Assembly: GCF_963921235.1 (NCBI RefSeq)
Contig: NC_086097.1
Location: 26,662,001-26,726,000, forward strand
Direction: 5' to 3'
Source of the DNA: Mobula hypostoma
Taxonomy: Eukaryota
Length of the DNA: 64,000 nucleotides
The translations under genes and the position numbers were made by a program. How positions within the stretch are numbered: position 1 is the first letter of the stretch; every line of letters begins with the position of its first letter. Positions 1 to 10,585 of the stretch are shown here, one piece after another. The notes beneath the pieces are model-generated. The model was not told the origin of the DNA. It saw only the letters and a list, made by a program, of their open reading frames with translations, and searched no databases.

Positions 1-48
1 TGTTTACACCGAGCTAAGACATAATCAGACAGCTTGATGTCTACTTAC

Positions 49-330
49 ACTTCATGTCATGCTAAGATGGCTGTTGACGAACACAAAAGGATTTTTTTGC
101 AGCATTCGGGTCCCCCCCACCCGTCCGGGAAAAAAAGTGTTTATTTTTTTAAATAAAGGAGGGAGGAGAGAGTGATCGCTCAATAACGCTCGGATATCCC
201 CAGCCGTCGCCAAGGAGACGAAGCAGCCAGCCTCAACTCCCTCCGCCACGGGGGCGGCGGCCTCCAGGCTCTGACCTCCCCAACCCTTCCTCCAGCCTCC
301 CTAACCCACTTTCTACGCCCTCTTTCCGCA
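49..330 (-). other. Probable first exon (5' UTR, possibly ATG AAG T = Met-Lys, phase 1) of an unidentified gene continuing off the left edge
   Basis: Minus strand reads ...CATCTTAGCATGACATGAAGT|GTAAGT, a consensus donor at 48-43, directly downstream of a CpG island. The 5' boundary is a guess. Confidence 0.45.
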
Positions 331-660
331 CTTTTATGAAGTAAACCGCCCGCCTTTTGGGCCCGGCTCGCCCCGAAAACGGCCTGCGGGCCGCAAGCTT
401 CGGTGGGAGGCACGGGGCTGGTGGGAACGGCGCCCGATGGCACAGCGAGCAACCAATAGGGGCGGGAGCGGGCGGTGCCAGCCGCCATCTCGACGTCGGA
501 CGTTTTGGCGGTAATTTGCATGTGGCGGCGCCGTGCGCACGCGGGCCGGCACGTGCGACGGAAGGCGGTCGTGCGCGCGCGCGCGCTGCGCAGCCCCGGA
601 GTGCGCGCAGTGCGCACGCCGGCTGCGGGTGGCGAGTCCGCCTGGGGTCGGCCGGGAGCA
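180..660. promoter_or_regulatory. CpG-island promoter of housekeeping type
   Basis: Very high GC and CpG density in a CpG-depleted window. CCAAT 453-457, GC box GGGGCGGG 459-466, YY1-like GCCGCCATCT 481-490, CACGTG 550-555, NRF1-like TGCGCACGCG 534-543 and further GCGC runs to ~617. Confidence 0.85.
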
Positions 661-1060
661 GATTGAGTTTTATTACCATTTGTTTTATGTAATGTGAAAT
701 TTCACAATCACTGTCAATGACATAGGTAGTGAAATTTGTTCTTACAGTGCAAGACATAAATATACTGCAAGTTACAATAGGAAATATATAACAAAAAGTA
801 GTGCAAAAAGAGAGCCAAATAGTGAGGTAGTGTTCATGGATTTCATTGACAGTTCAGAAATCTGATGGCAGAGGGGAAGAAGCTGTTCCTGAAAGGTTGT
901 GTGTGTGGCTTCAGCCTCCTGTACTTTCTCCCTGATGACAGGATCCAGAAGAGGGCATGTTCTGGGTCACAAGGTCCTTAACAATGGATGCCTCCGACTT
1001 GACCACTGCTTCCTGAAAATGTCCTTGATAGAGGGGAGCGTTGTGCCTGTCAAAGCAAGC
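661..1060 (-). mobile_element. Rex1/Babar-type LINE 3' fragment
   Basis: TTCAGAAATCTGATGGCAGAGGGGAAGAAGCTGTTCCTGA is the reverse complement of the FRNSFFPSAIRFLN C-terminal motif that recurs throughout the window. Confidence 0.65.
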
Positions 1061-1144
1061 GCCAAGTTTATTGCATGCAATAGCATCACAGTGACAATAG
1101 ATAAATTGGTTTACTATTGTCACATGTACCAATGTACATGTGAG

Positions 1145-1306
1145 AATAATATTTATTTGTTATTGTGACCGAAGGTTCAGTCGCTCAGCATTCAAGATGA
1201 GGTAATAAATTAGATTAGACATTGGCTTTGTGGAAGAAGCCAGAGAGTATGAATAGATGACTGTTAGCAGATGTTAGTAGGAGGCCTGTAGCTGGTGGAG
1301 TGCCAC
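1145..1306 (+). repeat. 162-bp direct repeat, copy 1
   Basis: Identical to 1937-2098 by direct comparison. Confidence 0.9.
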
Positions 1307-2356
1307 AAGGATCGGTGCTGGGTCTGTTTTTGTTATCATCTGTATCGAGAATCTAGATGATATTGTGGCTAACTAGATCAGCAAATTTGCAGGTGACAAC
1401 AAGATTGGCTGTACACTGGACAGTGAGGAAGGCTATCATAGCTTGCAGAGGAATCTGGATCAGCTGGAAAAATAGGCTGGAAAATTGCAGATGGAATTTA
1501 ATGCAGGCAAGTGTGAGGCTTGGCACTTCAGAAGGACCAACCAAGGTAGGTCTTACACAGTGAACAGTAGGGCACTGAGGAATGCGGTAGAACAGGTAGA
1601 TAGGGTCATAAAGAATGCTTTAGGCACATCGGCCTTCATAAATCAAATAATTGGGTACAGGAAATGGGATGTCATGCTGAAGTTGTATAAAATGTTTGTA
1701 AGGCCTAATTTGGAATATTGTGTGCAATTTTAGTCATACCTGCAGGAATGATGTAAACAAGGTTGAAAGAGTACAGAGAAAATATCTTAGTTATAAGGAG
1801 TTATAACTCCTTATAAGGAAAGATTGAACAGATTAGGACTTTATTCGTTAGAACATAGAAGACTGAGAGGAGATCTGATAGAGGTATACAAAATTATGAG
1901 GGATATTGACAGGGTAAATGCAGGCAGGCTTTTGAAAATAATATTTATTTGTTATTGTGACCGAAGGTTCAGTCGCTCAGCATTCAAGATGAGGTAATAA
2001 ATTAGATTAGACATTGGCTTTGTGGAAGAAGCCAGAGAGTATGAATAGATGACTGTTAGCAGATGTTAGTAGGAGGCCTGTAGCTGGTGGAGTGCCACTG
2101 TGAAAAATGAGAAGTTTAAGGGGAACATGAGGGGACTTTCTTCATTCCAAGGATCATGAGAATGTGAAACGAACTGCCAGCACAAGTGGGGCATGCAAGC
2201 TTGATTTCAAGGGAAGTTTGGATAGGTACATGGATGATAGGAGTATGGCAGGCAATGGTTCCAGAGCAGGTCAATGTGAGTAGACAGTTTAAATGGTTTT
2301 AGCATGGACTAGATGGGCTAAATGACCTGTTTCTGTGCTGTACTTTTCTATGACTA
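1165..2356 (+). mobile_element. Degenerate CR1-type LINE, 3' part of ORF2 plus 3' UTR
   Basis: Remnants GVPQGSVLG, WQMEFNAGKCE and LYKMFVRPNLEYCVQF; ends ...TTCTATGACT. Confidence 0.8.
1937..2098 (+). repeat. 162-bp direct repeat, copy 2, inserted inside the CR1 fragment
   Basis: Identical to 1145-1306. Confidence 0.9.
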
Positions 2357-2560
2357 TTTATTTATGATTATCTCTTTTTGTATTTGCACAATTTGTTGTC
2401 TTCTGTACTCTGGTTGAACATCCCCGTTGGGTTGTCTTTCATTGATTCTGTTATGGTTATTCTACAGATTTGCTGAGTATGCCCACAAGCAAATGAATCT
2501 CAGGGATGTATAGGGTGACATATATGTACTTTGATAATACATTTAATTTGAACGTTGAAC

Positions 2561-2596
2561 CAGTCCTGATGAAGGGTCTCGGTCTGAAACATGGAC
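2561..2596 (+). ncRNA. Degenerate Penelope-type minimal hammerhead ribozyme motif
   Basis: GTC-CTGATGA-A-GGGT ctcg GTCT-GAAA-CATG-GAC. The core is conserved but the cleavage triplet is altered to ATG. Confidence 0.5.
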
Positions 2597-2965
2597 ATTC
2601 CCCTCCCCATCTACACAGATCATTTCACTACAACAGGATTGAGGTGGTCCCAATCCATCATTAAGGACTCCCGTCACCCAGGACATGCCCTCTTCTCATT
2701 GATTCCATTGGGGAGGATGTATGGGAGCCTGAAGATACACATTCAACATTCCAGGAACAGCTTCTTCTCCTCTGCATGTGGAAAGAACCCATGAACACCA
2801 CCTCATTATTTTCGCCTCTCTTTTTGCATTACTTATTTGATTTAATTTTTTAAATATATATTCACTGTAATTTATAGCTTTTATTATGTATTGCAATGTA
2901 CTGCTGCCACAAAACAACAATTTCACGACATATGCCAGTGGTATTAAACCTGATTTTGATTCTGA
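2597..2965 (+). mobile_element. Rex1/Babar-type LINE 3' fragment
   Basis: SIIKDSRHPGHALFSLIPLGR...RNSFF, then ATTAAACCTGATT..GATTCTGA tail. Confidence 0.7.
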
Positions 2966-3959
2966 ACAGAATGCAGAATGAAGTGTTGCAGTTGAAGAGA
3001 AAGTGCAGCGCAGGCAGCCAATAACGTGCAAGATCATAACAAGATAGATGGTGAGGTCCAGAGTCCATCTTGTTGTACAGAAGGCCGGTTGAACGGTCCT
3101 AGAAGTCGTCCTTGAGCCTGGTGGTATAGGCTTTTGGGGTTTTGTACCTTCTGCACGATGGGAGGAAGGAAAACAGAAAATGTCCAATGCACAGAAAGTG
3201 CCGGAGGAACTCAGCAGGCCAAGGAGCATCTATGGAGAGAAATAAACAGAAGTTTCTGGCCAAGATCCTTCAGAGACAAGATGGCAGGTGTTGCCAGAAT
3301 AAGAAGGTGGGAGTCAGCCTGTATTCCTTCCCCTCCCCATCTTCTTATTCTCGCATCAGGTTAAGAAGAGCAGTGGACTGAGTATGTGTCTGGAGAGCTA
3401 AAGTCTACATTTCCTTCCAGTCCAAGAAGAAAAAAAATCACTGTTCTGCTCATTTTCCTGTGACTTAGCCAATATTCTCATCATGCTGTCTCAGTCCTTT
3501 GTAGTCCATAGCCTTCGATATTGATAACAAGTCTGGGAACAGAGGCAATGCAATCCATGTCTGACCTGAACAGGCACACAGAGCAAACAATGCCCAGGCT
3601 TAACGGGGATGCAGGAAGTTCAGGCAACACAGAAACAGGGTCAATAATCTGTACACTCTAGACAGCAGAAACATGGTCAATGCAAACATACTCCAAGCCA
3701 TACAGGAAAATAATTCATGCAAAAACTAGGCGATATACAGGCACAAAGTCAATGCAAGTAAGAGTCCACACTGTACGGAAATAATGCCAATGCAAACAGT
3801 CCGGGTTGCAGACACCATTACTCAAGGCAGGGTGGGCACTGCAGAGAAACAAGGTGCCCCAAGGTGCAGTCAGAGTCCTGATTACTCATTCTGTTGGTTC
3901 AAACAGGACATTGCACAAACATATCCAACCAAGAGAATGAGTTTCCAACTTTTCTATCT

Positions 3960-4650
3960 AAAGTGAATGCTGAATCAAGCTTCTGTGTGGTAAGTGGAGA
4001 ATAGATAATACAGCAATATAGAGAGTAAGAAGGCTGATCCCAAAAGCAGATGAGTTTGGTTCTGAGGGATGATCATACTGCTTGGATTGGAGAGGGATCT
4101 TGGGGTCCGTGTCCATAGATTCCTCAAAGTTGCTGTACAATTTATAGGGTTATTAAGGAGGTGCATGTTGTATTGGCCTTCATTAGTCAAGAACTACAAG
4201 GTAATGTTGCACTCTGGTTGGAGCACACTTGGAATTTTATGTTCAGTTCTAATAGTTGCATTTTAAGAAGAATATGAAAGCTTTAGAGAGGGTGCAGAGG
4301 AGATTTACCAGGATGCTGCCTAGATTGGTTATCTTATGAGGATAAATTAAGCAAGCTAGGGCTTTCCTCTTTGGAACAAAAGAGGATAAGTGGTAACTTG
4401 ATAGAGGTGTACCAGATGGTAACAGGCATAGATAAAGTGGATTGCTAAAGACCTTGATCCCATGCTAGAAATGGCTAATATAAGGAGATTGGAGGAAAGT
4501 ATAGGGAGAATGTCAGAGGTAGGCTTTTTTTTACACAGAGACTGTAGGCGTAAGCATCGTGGTGCTGGAGGCATATTCATCAGAGACATCTAAGAGACTC
4601 TTAGATGGGCACATGGATGAAAGAAAAATGGAGGGTTATCTGGGAGGAAG
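3960..4650 (+). mobile_element. Degenerate CR1-type LINE 3' fragment
   Basis: RDLGVRVH and LERVQRRFTRMLP remnants. Confidence 0.7.
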
Positions 4651-4693
4651 TAACACAGACAAAATGTTGGAGGAACTCAGCAGGTCAAATATC

Positions 4694-5279
4694 TGTAAAC
4701 TTCAGGCTTGGCCAGCACGTGTTCGTCTTGGGGAAGACGGCCTCTGGCCCCGCCAACCTGAGAAATCTCGTTTGTGTGGATGCTGTGTGATCTGTTGCCC
4801 TGTTACAATTCCGAACTGCAAATTATCAGACAGTGCACCATATGCAATTAAATGATTACACTTTATAAATCTTGATCTGAGTACTGTATAGGGTTAGTAA
4901 AGAAAATAAGAAGCAAAAGGGCCCAGTTTAGGGAAAAAGTCAAATGTGCATTTTGGAGCTCACTGATAAGGCCATTCGTCCACCATTGACCTCCTCTGAG
5001 CGTCACTGACCTTTGGACCCTCGCTCCCCGTCAACTCTGTCCGGTGGTCTACCAGCTCTCTCCACACACGTCTTCTCTCTTCATCTCTCACTAACAAAAG
5101 ACCGCGAAATCCCTGCTCCCAGACCCACAAGAAAGAACAACATCTGCTCATTGGCTAACATACAATCCAAAGGCCCCATTATTTCTAGTCATAACCCAAA
5201 CATTGCTGCAACAGAGAAACCATTACCTTAGCAGTGGAGCATTACAGAGCGGCCGTTACATTAGCAGTGAAACCTTACA
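4694..5279 (-). mobile_element. Solo LTR, related to 47780-48484
   Basis: TGTAA...TTACA termini; interrupts a Penelope-derived repeat; shares ATCACACAGCATCCACACAAAC and other blocks with 47780-48484. Confidence 0.6.
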
Positions 5280-6487
5280 GCACATGACACATCTATGGAG
5301 AGGAATAAACAGTCGATGTTTTAACCCAAAACACTTCATCATGACTGAAAATGAAGGGGGAAGAAGCCAGAGATTTCCAGCATCTACAGAATCTCTCATG
5401 TTTTTGGCTATGTGGAAGGGAAGGGTTAGATTGATCTTAGGGCAAGCTAAAAGATTGGCATAACATCATAGGCCAACAGGCCACAACTGTGCTGAAATGT
5501 TCTATGTAACTTTACAGAACAAAGGCAACTTAGCAGAACCTTGCTGTAAAATAGTACAGATAAGGCAAACTTGGTGTAATAAATTAGAGGAATTTATAAA
5601 AAAGACAATTATCAGTAAAAGGTATAAACTTCACTTCTCAACATTTGATAAAGAATCTGTTAGAAACTACCACTGAAAGTTTGGTTAATATGTTACGACT
5701 TTCATAATTTCTGTTCAGTGCAGTGAATACAACCAGGATCCAGCTAAATGCCACAATGCAGCATACTGTATGAGGCTTTTTCTCAATGTTGCCAGTTATA
5801 AAACAACTAACAAGAACAGGGCTTCTGGAAAAACATCAGGTATCCTTAGCAAACACCACTCAGCAATTGATGATCTATCCTGCTGTCAAAAAACTATTGA
5901 ATGGTTCCCAATATGGCAAGATCGATTCTGACCTTACTATCAACCTCATTATGACTTACTTAATTACTGAACCCCATCATCCCTACTGGAGCCAACAGCA
6001 GCTCACCAGAGTCCTCTGTCCGGGGTCAGCCTTTCATGTTGTCTCTCCCAGGGATGAAGTCTTTGGAGCTTCTGTTGGTGTTTCTTTAGCTCTTGGTTTT
6101 CGTAGGATTGGCTTGCTATCACTCCCTCGCCCTCTAGTCGTAATCCCCCCAACCCCCATGCATGAAAAGAATAAGAAATCAAAAACTTGCAAACCCCAAA
6201 TATCCCCCCAACCTCTCCCTCTCACAAAACTAACAGATCACCCACATGAAAAAACAACAGCTAGAACATCAAACCTCAAACCCCCTGCCTGCCCATCAGC
6301 AAAAAGAAAGAATGAGCAAGAACATGGAAAAAAAAACATATAACTGAAAGAGGCCAATATGAACTGCGGTCCAATCCATAAATCTCAGAATTTCAATAAC
6401 ATCTCCGAGAGTATCGAGACCCAGTAGCCTCTCTGAGGGCAGCAACTCAAACCCAATGGCCTTTCCGAGGGTAGCGACACCAACCAG

Positions 6488-7030
6488 CTATATTCTTTCA
6501 ATCTTACTTACATCTTTCCTGTAGGTCAGTAACCAAAACCGCACGCAATACTCCAAATTAGGTGTTTCCATCAACTTCAACATAACATCCCTACTCTTGT
6601 ACTCAATACCTTGATTTATGAAGGCCAGTATGCCAAAAATTTTCTTTATGACCCTATCTACCTGTGACACCACTTTCAATGAATTATGGATCTGTATTCC
6701 TTGATCCCGGTGTTGTACTGAACTCCTCATGCCCTACTACTCACCCTTCAAGTCTTACTCTGGTCTGTCCTCCCAAAGTGCACACCTCACACTTGTCTGT
6801 ATTATATTCCATCTGCCATTTTTCCAGCTGGTCCAGATCCCACTGCAGGCTTTGATAGTCTTCCTCGCTGTCCACTACACCCCCAATCTTGATGTCATCT
6901 GTAAATTTGCTGATCCAGGTTACCACATTATCACCAAGATTGTTCATATAGGTGATAAATAACAATGGATCCAGCACCGATCCCTGCGACACACCACTAG
7001 TCCCAGACCTCCAGTCAGAGAGGCAACAGT
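6488..7030 (-). mobile_element. CR1-type LINE RT fragment with internal deletions
   Basis: SQGSVLDPLLF, SKFTDD, PNLEYCVRFW. Confidence 0.8.
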
Positions 7031-7163
7031 TGTGACTGTGCTCAAAGTCACCAGAGAGCCATTGAAGTTGGAGATAGAGAAGTCTTTATTCAGCACAACA
7101 AGCAGGCATCATTCATCATTGGAGACACTCTCAGTGGAGCTACCTGACCCAATGTTACATGAC

Positions 7164-7826
7164 ATCAGAATCAGAATCGGGTTTATTATCACCGGCATGT
7201 GATGTGAAATTTGTTAACTTAGCAGCAGCAGTTCAATGCAATACATAATACAGAAGAGAAAAATATAGTAATAATAATAAATAAATTTTATTCAGTATAC
7301 TTTATATAGTGTACATATATTGAATAGATTTAAAATCGTGCAAAAAACAGAAATACTATATATTTTAAAAAATGTCAGGTAGTGTCCAAGTGTTCCATTT
7401 AGGAATTGGATGGCACAAGGGAAGAAGCTGTTCCTGAATCGCTGAGTGTGTGCTTTCAGGCTTCTGTACGTCCTACCTGATGATAAAAGTGAGAAACATT
7501 TTCTATGTTTCCCTGGGTACTGGAGGTCCTTAATAATGGATACTGCCTTTCTGAGACACTGATCCTTGAAGATGTCCTGGGTACTTTGTAGGATAGTACC
7601 CAAGATGGAGCCACCTAAATTTACAACCCTCTGCAGCTTCTTTCGGTCCCATGCAGTAGCCCCTCCATACCAGACAGTGATGCAGCCTGTCAGAATACTC
7701 TCCACAGTACATCTATAGAAGTTTTTGAGTGTATTTGTTGATATACCAAATCTCTTCAAACTCCTGATAAAGGATAGCCGCTGTCTTGCCTTCTTTATAA
7801 CTGCATCCATATGTCAGGACCAGGTT
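7164..7826 (-). mobile_element. Rex1/Babar-type LINE 3' fragment
   Basis: KKARQRLSFIRSLKRFG...FYRCTVESILTGCITVWYG...FRNSFFP with (GATTCT)n tail. Confidence 0.85.
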
Positions 7827-8269
7827 TTTATATGCTAAAGATCAAAGGTAATGCCAGGACAATTCTATGGTTACAATGTACCCACAATGCTTGCTTTGAA
7901 ATACATGTAATTTTCAAACACCTAGATCTTCACACCAATACTGCAGACACCCAAAATGAATGACAATCATGGCTCTTTCTGAACTACATTCATAAATATG
8001 TATGCAGGCATCTCAGGTCAATGGGGGTATTTCCTGGTTTGCAATCGACCCCAGACTGCAGCTCCAAGAACAACATTTTAAACTGCATCTACAAGACAAA
8101 TTCAGATCTGAGGACTGGGTTGCTGTTGAAATTAATATCTGCTATATTCCATAACTCCAGAATATGCCCTAACAGCAACCCTCTACTATGACTCTCTGGC
8201 TTCTCCAGCAAAGCCAATGTCCTATCCAATTTACTACTTCATCTCATCAAGATATCAACTTCTGACTGA

Positions 8270-8865
8270 GAAGCGACTTGGATCCACTGCAATTTGCCTA
8301 CCGGAACATCAGGTCCACTGCAGATGCCATCTCATTGGGTCTTCACTCAACCCTGGAACATCTGGACAGCAAAGATGCATACATCATGATGCTTTTTATC
8401 GACTACAGCTCAGCATTCAATACCATCATCACCACAAAACTAATCAATAAGCTCCAAGACTTTAGTCTCAATACCTCCGTGTGCAATTGGATCCACGATT
8501 TCCTCACTTGCAGACCCAAATCAGTTTGGATTGCCAACAATAATATTTTCACCACAATCTCCATCAATACAGGTGCACCACAAGGCTGTGTGCTTAGCCC
8601 ACTGCTCTACTCACTTTACACTCTCAACCACGTGGCTAAGCACAGCTCCAATGCCATATTCAAGTTTGTTGACAAAACCACAGTTGTATGCTGAATCAAA
8701 GGTCATGATGAATCAGCACATGGGGGAGATTGAAAACCTGACTGAGTGGTGGCCATAAAAACACCCTTTTACTCAATGTCAGGAAGACCAAGGAGCTGAT
8801 AATTGACTTCAGGACAAGGAAACCAGAAGTCCATGAGCCAGTCCTCATTGGATGATCTGAGGTTT
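8270..8865 (+). mobile_element. Rex1/Babar-type reverse-transcriptase fragment
   Basis: [45 protein letters not shown]. Confidence 0.85.
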
Positions 8866-8869
8866 CTGG

Positions 8870-10585
8870 GGGCCCAATCCGCAGTGGGAGCGGAGCACAG
8901 TGATGAGGTTTTGCACAAGTTGGCGACGCTTGTTTAAAAGAAGAGCTTCACGGGCTTTCAGGCTCATTCCGGTGGCCCAACTAGTGGCAGAAGCAGAGCA
9001 CATTGTTGGGGTAGCCATTGCTGGGAGTAGGCCAGTGGTGAGAATAGGAGTGTCAAGCTTTGGGTCAAAGGAGCTTTGGCTCGAAAGAGGCGTTGGCTCT
9101 GGGTAAGTTCCTGTTAAGGTTCCATTTTTTCCCTCTTACTAGTGTAGTAAATGGCTGTTGTGTGCTCTTCATGCCGGATGTGGGATCCCGGGAGACCCAG
9201 AGTCTCCCAGGGAACTACATCTGTGTGAAGTGCATCCAGCTGCAGCTCCTTGAAGACCGTGTTAGGGATCTGGAGCAGCAGCTGGATGACCTTTGGCTTG
9301 TATGGGTGAGTGAGGAGATAATTGATCAGAGTTACAGGGAAGCTGTCACCCCTAAGTTACAGGAGGTGAGTAACTGGGTGACTGTCAGGAGAAATGGAAA
9401 TGTGCATAGGCACACCTGTGCCTATTCCCCTCAATAATAAGTATACTGTTTTGGATATTGTTGTGGGGGATGACCACCCAGGAGAATGCCACAGAGACCA
9501 GGTTACTGGCACTGAGCACGGGTTCGTGGTGCAGAAGGGAAAGAGGGAGAAGAGGGGAGTGAGAGTGATAGGAGACTCAATAATTAGGGGAACAGATGTG
9601 GATGTGAGTGGGACACCCAGATGGTCTGTTGCCTCCTAGGTGCCAGGGTCAGGGACATCTTGGATCACGTCCGCAACATCTTGGAGGAGGAGGGAGAGCA
9701 GCCAGATGTCTTGGTACATATTGGTACCAATGACATAGGAAGGAAGAGCAAAGGGGTCCTGAGGAGAGCTAGAACTAGGCAGAAAGCTGAGAAGCAGGAC
9801 CTCCTGGGTAGTAATATCTGGATTGCTGCCTGTGCCATGCATCAGTGAGGGTAGAAACAGGATGATTTAGCAGATAAATCGGACAGACGGACGGACTCAG
9901 AGTCCGCTGGGGTCGGGTGCTTCCAATGGTGCAGCATCGGCAAGTTTGCGGCGCTTGGAGGTTCATGGCAGGGAGAGCTTCTCCCTTCTACCGTCTGCGT
10001 GAGATGATGAGGCTATCAGAACTTGGAGACTTTTTTTACCGTGCCCATGGTCTACTCTTTATCAAATTATAGTATTGCTTTGCACTGTTGTAACTATATG
10101 TTATAATTATGTGGTTTTGTCAGTTTTAGTCTTGGTTTGTCTTGTGTTTCTTGTGATATTATTCTGGAGGAACATTGTATCATTTTTAATGCATGCATTT
10201 CTAAATGATAATAAACGAGGACTGAGTGTCCTCATAATCTAAATGCATGGCTGAGAAGCCGATGCAGGGACAGGGCTTCGGGTTCTTGGATCATTGGGAT
10301 CTCTTCTGGGGAGGTATGATCTGTTCAAAAGTGACGGGTTGCACCTGAACCTGAGGGGGACCAATATTCTCATGGGCAGATTTGTTAGAGCCATTGAGGA
10401 GAGTTTAAACTAATTTGGCTGGGGGGAGGGGCATGGGGTGGGAACTGGAGTGCAGGAGCTCAGGATAGGACAGATGGTAAAAAAGCAAAAATAGCGTGCA
10501 GTCAGGCTGTCAGGAAGGGCCGGCAGATAATAGGACAAAATTGCAGCCAGCAGGATGAGTGACTGTGCATAAGGGATGCAGAATC
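8870..10585 (+). mobile_element. CR1-type LINE 5' UTR and disrupted ORF1 (zinc-finger/leucine-zipper plus SGNH-esterase type)
   Basis: CVKCIQLQLLEDRVRDLEQQLDDL, VIGDSIIRG, HIGTNDIG and DGLHLN motifs; frameshifted and interrupted at 9880-10239. Confidence 0.75.
9880..10239 (+). mobile_element. 5'-truncated copy of the (AATCT)n-tailed non-coding retroelement
   Basis: Highly similar to the reverse complement of part of 51662-52350; flanked by a TAAAT duplication (9875-9879, 10240-10244). Confidence 0.75.

Noticed and set aside
180..757. Overlapping 111-174 aa ORFs on both strands
   Set aside because: Expected from stop-codon scarcity in a GC-rich island; Ala/Arg/Gly/Pro-rich with no domain, and some run into a LINE fragment.
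1145..2098. The two 162-bp repeats as LTRs of a mini-retrotransposon
   Set aside because: No TG...CA termini, PBS or PPT; the repeat is mostly CR1 coding sequence.
5786..6343. 185-aa plus-strand ORF
   Set aside because: Crosses compositionally unrelated segments, including repeat-like parts; no recognisable domain.
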